This document shows, piece by piece, positions 57,398-64,000 of a stretch of 64,000 nucleotides of DNA. A program made the position numbers and the translations under genes. The notes beneath the pieces were generated by a model. That model was not told the origin of the DNA. It made no database searches and worked only from the letters and a program-made list of their open reading frames with translations. The stretch's first letter is position 1. Every line of letters begins with the position of its first letter. Source of the DNA: the human T2T-CHM13v2.0 reference genome, Homo sapiens; assembly GCF_009914755.1 (NCBI RefSeq), contig NC_060934.1, one strand, 5' to 3'.

Positions 57398-58106
57398 CTC
57401 TTCCCTATTCTTTATTGTTGGTATATTTCAATCCATTATATATTTGCCAATAGAAGTGTTTTCTCCGTTAAACTGGAACTCATAATAGCCACCACTAATT
57501 GCAATCACATTCTCATCAGCTACTTCTGTTGGCACCTACCATGGCCCTAAGCCTAGAGGAAGAGTTGGAGGAGGAAACCTTCGGTTAGAATTACCATGGG
57601 AGGATTCAACTAGTATATGTTTTCTGTGCTCTGTGGGATATAATTTTAAAAGCATGAGTTTTGGAATCAGAAAGGCTTTTATTTATATGTTAATTAGCTA
57701 GCTAACTAATCCGAACACATGAATTCAAGATTTGCATTCTGGCTCCAAAACTAGCTATGTGGCCTTGGCAACTTTCTTTCTTTCTTTCTTTCTTTTTTTT
57801 TTTCATTTTTGCCTCTGAGTTTCACTTTCCCTGCTGAGCTGTAGAGGTGTCATCTTGGTCATTCTGGAGGCTGAGAACGGGCAAGCAGCAGTGGGCCTTG
57901 CAGGGCAGCTCCCACTGAGGAGACAGGGTGGACCAGATGGAGGGGGGTGGGGGAGGGCAGCAGGTGATATCAAGATGGAGTTTGAGATGAAAGAAGGATG
58001 AGTGGAGCAATCTGAGAAGAGTTCATTGTATAGCTGAGAAGACAAACACATATGTCAAATCCATGCAGTAAGACATGCTCCGAAAGATGAGCCTAAGAAG
58101 AGAAAT

Positions 58107-58403
58107 AGCCTGGCGCGGTGGCTGAAGCCTGTAATCCTGGCACTTTGGGAGGCCGAGGCGGGCAGATCACGAGGTCAGTAGTTCAAGACCAGCCTGACCA
58201 ACATGGTGAAACCCCCTCTCTACTAAAAATACAAAAATTGGCTGGACATGGTGGTGTGTGTCTGTAATCTCAGCTACTCAGGAGGCTGAGGCAGGAGAAT
58301 CACTTGAACCCAGGAGGCGGAAGTTGCGGTGAGCCAAGATCACACTACTGCACTCAAACCTGGGCAACAAAGCGAGACTCCATCTCAAAAAAAAAAAAAA
58401 AAA
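58107..58403 (+). mobile_element. Alu (AluSg/Sc-like)
   Basis: gatcacgaggtcag, full dimer. Confidence 0.9.
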
Positions 58404-59968
58404 GGGAGAGAAACAAGGGCAGAACAAGTTTTGCTATTGCTAGGACTAGTGCAGTAGCTTAAGGCGATGTTGGTAGGCAAGGCAGACTACAGAATTTGAT
58501 AACGCAAAGGAATGTAGCCTGGATTTTTATAGTAGACTCTCCCAACTCTTTCTTCCACTTTTTCTTCCTCTTTTTTCCCCTTTCCACTTCCTATAAAATA
58601 GGATCAGTTGCTGACACAAGCTGCTAAAACTCCATCTGACCCAACTGCATTGCTTTCAAATGATGAGTCATTAAGTCACTGATATTTCTAGAGGGATGCT
58701 CTAAATCCAAATGCTGCCAGATGTCCCTTCCACTCAAAATGACTCGCTGTTCATTTGTGCACATTTTGAATTTTTGAGAGTGGTCTTATCTGTAAAGATT
58801 TATTCAAGGGTGGAAATCAAAGCTAGGTTAATTTTTGACACAGGAAGCCACCTTTTAAGGAAATGACTGTTTCAATCATTTTAAATCCCTGCCACATTTT
58901 CTGAAGCTCAGTTTCTATCATGAAAAAGCAGAATTAAGTGGCATGACTGAAGGTGACCCTGACAGTATTTTTTCTCTGACATGCAATCATTTATATCAAT
59001 GTCATTGTATGTGCCTTCTGCTGTTAATGCCTCCCCTGCCTCCCCCAATATTATAAATCACCCAAGACCTCAGAGTACTTCCCTTGGAAGCTTGCACCAA
59101 GTCTCCTATTGCTTTAACCATTAATACATAGTTCCCACTTGGATGAGCCCCTTCCATTGCTCCAGACTATCTCTGGGACAGTCCTGCTCCACCATTGACT
59201 GGGAGGTGGCTCAGGAATGCCTGGACGTGGCCACCACAGACCAAAACTTGGGGTAGGACCAGCTATTTACAGCATAGACTTCAATGCCTTCCAAACCCAA
59301 GGTTCGGGTTCCTGCATGCACAGTACTGCGTTGAGAAGATCCAAGGCATTGGAGACGGGACAGATCTGCAGCGGACACATACTAGAAACTTACTTCTTAA
59401 AGAGTTTTCCCATTTGGAACATGGGGATAATAATCCCAACCATACAGTATTGTGAGAATTCACAAAGACATCACATGAAAGCTCTTGTCACATCATAGCC
59501 ACCTAATAACTAGTGTGAACAGACACAATAGCTAATATTTATGAAGCACCTAATAAAGTCTGGGCACTGAAGTATGTGTTTTATGGACATTATCTTTTTT
59601 TGTTCCTCTCAACAACCTGAAAGACGGGGTATCATTATACTCATTTGACCGACCGGGAAAAGAAGCACAGAGAGGTGGCAGGACTTATTCAGGGTCCCAT
59701 AGATGCTGAGTGGTAGATGAGAATTCAAATCCAACCCAGGTTTGTGTAAGACTCCTATGTTTTAGTTAACTAGATCAGGAATAAGCCCACAGGAACCATG
59801 AGATTATAAATGACTTAGAGCTTCATCGAGAAAGCTGCCATATGTTTATTATCAATAAAAACAAATATTTTTATCTATAAGTAAAGGGGCATTAACTCGA
59901 ATTACCAAAGCCACTGGGCTTTTTTTTCCAGACCCTATTTTTCTGAACCTCATTAATTCCAATTTTAA

Positions 59969-60138
59969 ATTATTATTATTATTTTTTTGAGACCGAGTCT
60001 TGCCCTGTCACCCCGGCTGGCATGCAGTGGTGTGATCTCTGCTCACTGCAAACTCTGCCTCCCAGGTTCAAGTGATTCTTCTGCCTCAGCCTCCTGAGTA
60101 GCTGGGATTATGGGCCTGCGCTTCCAAGCCCAGCTAAT
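59969..60138 (-). mobile_element. 5'-truncated Alu (right arm only)
   Basis: TSD attaattccaatttta on both sides. Confidence 0.85.
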
Positions 60139-61011
60139 TAATTCCAATTTTAGCAAGCTACATTGAAGTATCAAAATAGCACCCGGATGAATGTAGCGGA
60201 ATCAGCCCAGAGGAAGGTGGAGGTGGTTTGGGGAGAAGGTACTAATCCATGCAATAAAAGCCAGCACATCGTTTGGGGCTCTTATCTCTGTTCGGATCAT
60301 GACATAACCATTGCCTGTCATCCAGAACACTATCACTTGCAGGCCGCGCCAAGATTCAATCTCCAACTCCACTTTTAATAGCTGTTGTCAGCTTGTTGCT
60401 AGAGAAATTATACTTAATTACGTGAGTAATGTGGTGGGTGTTTGTGTGTGCATTTTTTTTAAGAAGAAATGGCTTAAGCAAACTGCATGGGGCCTGGGAT
60501 GGGTGCAGACTGAGAGGGAGACGTGGTATCGACTAGGAGAGGGAGAACTTCCTGTGAAAAATAGGAAGTTTAATGAGACGAAAATAGAATGAGTGTGATA
60601 AAAAGCGGCGCAAGGGAACGGATCAGGGACAGAGCGTCTCCCGTGTCTGTGTGTTTAAGGGTGTTAGGGATTGCCATCAATTGCGATCCTGTAATGCACT
60701 GTCTACTTGGACCTAATGTCCACTGTATGCAGTGCTGAGAGCTACAGCAATTGAAAGATAATAAGAGGAAAATGAGTAATGAATCCGTTTTATTGTATGC
60801 TGTAAATGGCCTCCATTGAAACAGTCTGTGTTTAGACTGGTAATAAAAATGAGTGATGAAGGCAGACGTTTAACATGGGAATTGGTTCAAGCAAGAAACA
60901 TATTTTCTCGTTGTTTTTTTTTTAAGCCTCACAAATAATTTGGTTTATGAAGTAACTTCTTGCTTGGAAACTTTATGTAACTACTGCACAGTTTTTATAA
61001 GCCTTGGCAAG

Positions 61012-61013
<2 letters not shown>

Positions 61014-61049
<36 letters not shown>
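61014..61049. repeat. (GT)18 microsatellite
   Basis: Direct reading of the sequence. Confidence 0.93.
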
Positions 61050-61051
<2 letters not shown>

Positions 61052-61314
61052 CTCATTTTGTGGCTTGAAACGTTGGCAAGGGCTATCACAGTAGCCAAGG
61101 AAGTTTGAATTTTATTTGTTAATTTGTCATATGTGGACCTTTGTCTCTCCACTGGGCAAACACAGGAGCCCCAGGAAGGACCATGTTCACAAAACATGGG
61201 GCGCTTCTTAGATATCGAGGATTCTGCCGATGGGGAGATCTATTCATCAAATACTCAAACTAGCCTTGTCTAAGCCCTGGAATTATTAACCCAACAGTGT
61301 ATCAGCTCCTCTTC

Positions 61315-61612
61315 CTTTTCTTTATTTTTATTTCTTATTTTGAGACAGGATCTTGCTCTGTCACCTAGGCTGGAGTGTAGTGGTGCAATCTCATCTCACG
61401 GCAGCCTCAGCTTCCTGGGCTCAAGTGATTCTCCCTCCTCAGCCCCTCACCAAGCAGCTGGGACTACAGGTGCACGCCACCACACTCGGCTCATCTTTAA
61501 ACTTTTTGTAGAACTGTTGCCCAGGTTGGTCTTGAACTCCTGGGCTGAAGTGATCCTCCTGCCTCAGACTCCCAAAGTGTTGGGGTTACAGGTGTGAGCC
61601 ACCGCCCCCAGC
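61315..61612 (-). mobile_element. Alu (AluJ-like)
   Basis: Diverged reverse dimer. Confidence 0.85.
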
Positions 61613-62178
61613 CTTGCAGTTTCTCCTTCTCATTTGCCCTCCAACTAAAAGAAAAAATCTGACTGGGCACAGTGCCTCAAGTCTGTCATTCCAGAGCTTT
61701 GGGAGGCCAAGGCAGGAGTAGCACACTACTACAGCCGTAAGGAAACAAAACAAAATAGCGGTGACCCTCTTCTCTAACCTGGTCAGAAAATGAGACATTC
61801 TTAGTAATTACACATGGAGCACATTGATATACTTAGGTGTGGCATTCTGTGGGTTACTAATTTGCAGCAGTTAGAACGTGGAGTCCCTGGGTCGAGTGAT
61901 ACACGGCCAGCAGTGTGAGTGCTGGGGAGAGCAGAGGCAGAAGGCAGAATAGATAGCAGGGGGCAAGGCCAGTGGGCAGAGACACGGCCGACCCTGAAGC
62001 ATCCCATGCCTCAGTTTCCTCCTGCATACAGGAAGGTTAGATAATTGCATAGGAATTTTCAGGTTCTAAAATGTGTGCAGAACCTAAACACAGTAAAATA
62101 CTGCACAAAGACATTTAAAGACTAGGGAGGGTCGAAGTCAATCTTTCAATCATACATTTCATCAAAAACATTCTTTCA

Positions 62179-62460
62179 GGCTGGGCACAGTGGCTCACCC
62201 CTATAGTCTCAGCACTTTGGGAGGCCGAGGTGGTAGGATAGCTTGAGGCCAGGAGTTCTAGACCAGCCTGAGCAACACAGTGAGACCCCAAATGTACAAG
62301 AAATAAAAATAAAACAAATTAAGCCTGGCATGGTGGCACATGCCTGTAGTCCCAGCTACTTGGGAGGCTGAGGTGGGAGGATTGCTTGTGTACGAGGCTG
62401 CAATGAGCCATGATCACACCACTGCACTCCAGCCTGGGTGACCCTATCTCTAAAAAAAAA
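62179..62460 (+). mobile_element. Alu (AluJ-like)
   Basis: Diverged dimer with small deletions. Confidence 0.85.
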
Positions 62461-62775
62461 TTGTTTTTAATGAAAAAAAATATGATTTACTATTTTTAAC
62501 CCATCATAGTTTAAGAGTCTGGACATAGGACTAGCTCATTATTTGGAAACCTAGTATATGCCTGGCACCCTTAACACAACCCTTCCAGCAACCCTGCGAG
62601 GTGGGTCCTTTTATCCTCATTTTAAGAATCAGAAATGGAAGACTTAGGGAAGCCTAATGACTTGTCCACTAATAAGTGACAGAACCTGGAACTCAAAGCT
62701 GAGTTCAATGGACTCTAGAGGCTCATGTTCTTTCCAGGGCACTGTCGCTCAGAGTGAGGTGTACTGCCCAAGTCA

Positions 62776-63246
<471 letters not shown>

Positions 63247-64000
63247 TCAATTCCTCAGACCTTGGCTCCAACCTCTAAAGCAAATTGCCTGGGTTGCTTT
63301 TGCAGTGGAAAAGCACCGGCACCCATTCCAGACGAAACTCTGATTAGGAAGAAAGGGAAGAGTTTGTAAAATGGGACGAAGATGAAATTGGAACAGAGCC
63401 TGGGAAAAGGAGATTATGGGGACCCTCCCTCCAGCCTCCCAGCCCCAGCTGTGCAGTGATCCATCAGGGGCTGAGCAGTGCAATTTATGCTTTCAGTCCA
63501 CAGGAGCATCCAGGGAAAATGGAGGGGGTGGCAGGGAAGAAAAATGACCTTTTTGCTCTTCCCATGTTGCTCCGGCTTTCAGATCGCGCCTGCAATATCC
63601 TTGGCTTATTTGTGCCGCGTGGAACTGTTAGCAATCACAAGAGAACGACAGGATCAGTGGGGGAGATTCCAGCCAAGGTTTGCATCCAACCACAACTCAA
63701 ATTAGTCCTTTTGAAAAATGGGTTCCCACCTGAAAGCAAAAATCAAAACACAAGAAAAAAAATCCTCATTGTTTCAGGTATCTGCAGTCCACTGAGCACT
63801 TTAGTCTTTTAGAAACCAAAGCTCCATAAGCTGCTGGAACACCTTCTACAGATTAACTGTGGCTTTCCTGTGTGCGTAGAACAGCACTCATTCCAGGATT
63901 CCCCATAATGTGTAAAATATTAACGTGATAAACTGGAAATGAAATAACACCACACCTGGGGACCATCGATCATAGCCAAACAGTAGACCTGCAGGGAGAC

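Overview
Primate (almost certainly human) euchromatic DNA holding the 5' end of the Polycomb-group/MBT gene SFMBT2 on the minus strand. The first coding exon lies at 3761-3911 (ATG at 3860, peptide [33 protein letters not shown]). A ~29-kb first intron follows, then a ~6-kb CpG-island promoter (~29.35-35.35 kb) with several candidate alternative non-coding first exons. The remaining ~29 kb is upstream intergenic DNA. The rest of the window is mostly interspersed repeats: ~35 Alu/FLAM/FRAM copies, L1PA/L1M/L2/MIR fragments, MLT1 and THE1/MST LTRs, hAT Charlie3/MER3/MER5 elements and a MADE1 mariner MITE. There are also microsatellites and a GT-rich VNTR with a 99-bp higher-order unit at the left edge. 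Almost all entries in the ORF track are repeat- or GC-derived noise. I see no rRNA, tRNA or CRISPR and cannot demonstrate a wholly new system. The most intriguing signal is the SFMBT2 5' leader. Exon 2 starts with GTAATT, which regenerates a 5' splice site after splicing. It also has a tandem acceptor and closes all three reading frames within 26 nt. Each candidate first exon supplies upstream AUGs, including AUG-UAA start-stops created at the splice junction. Repeat boundaries and subfamily calls were made by eye and are approximate.
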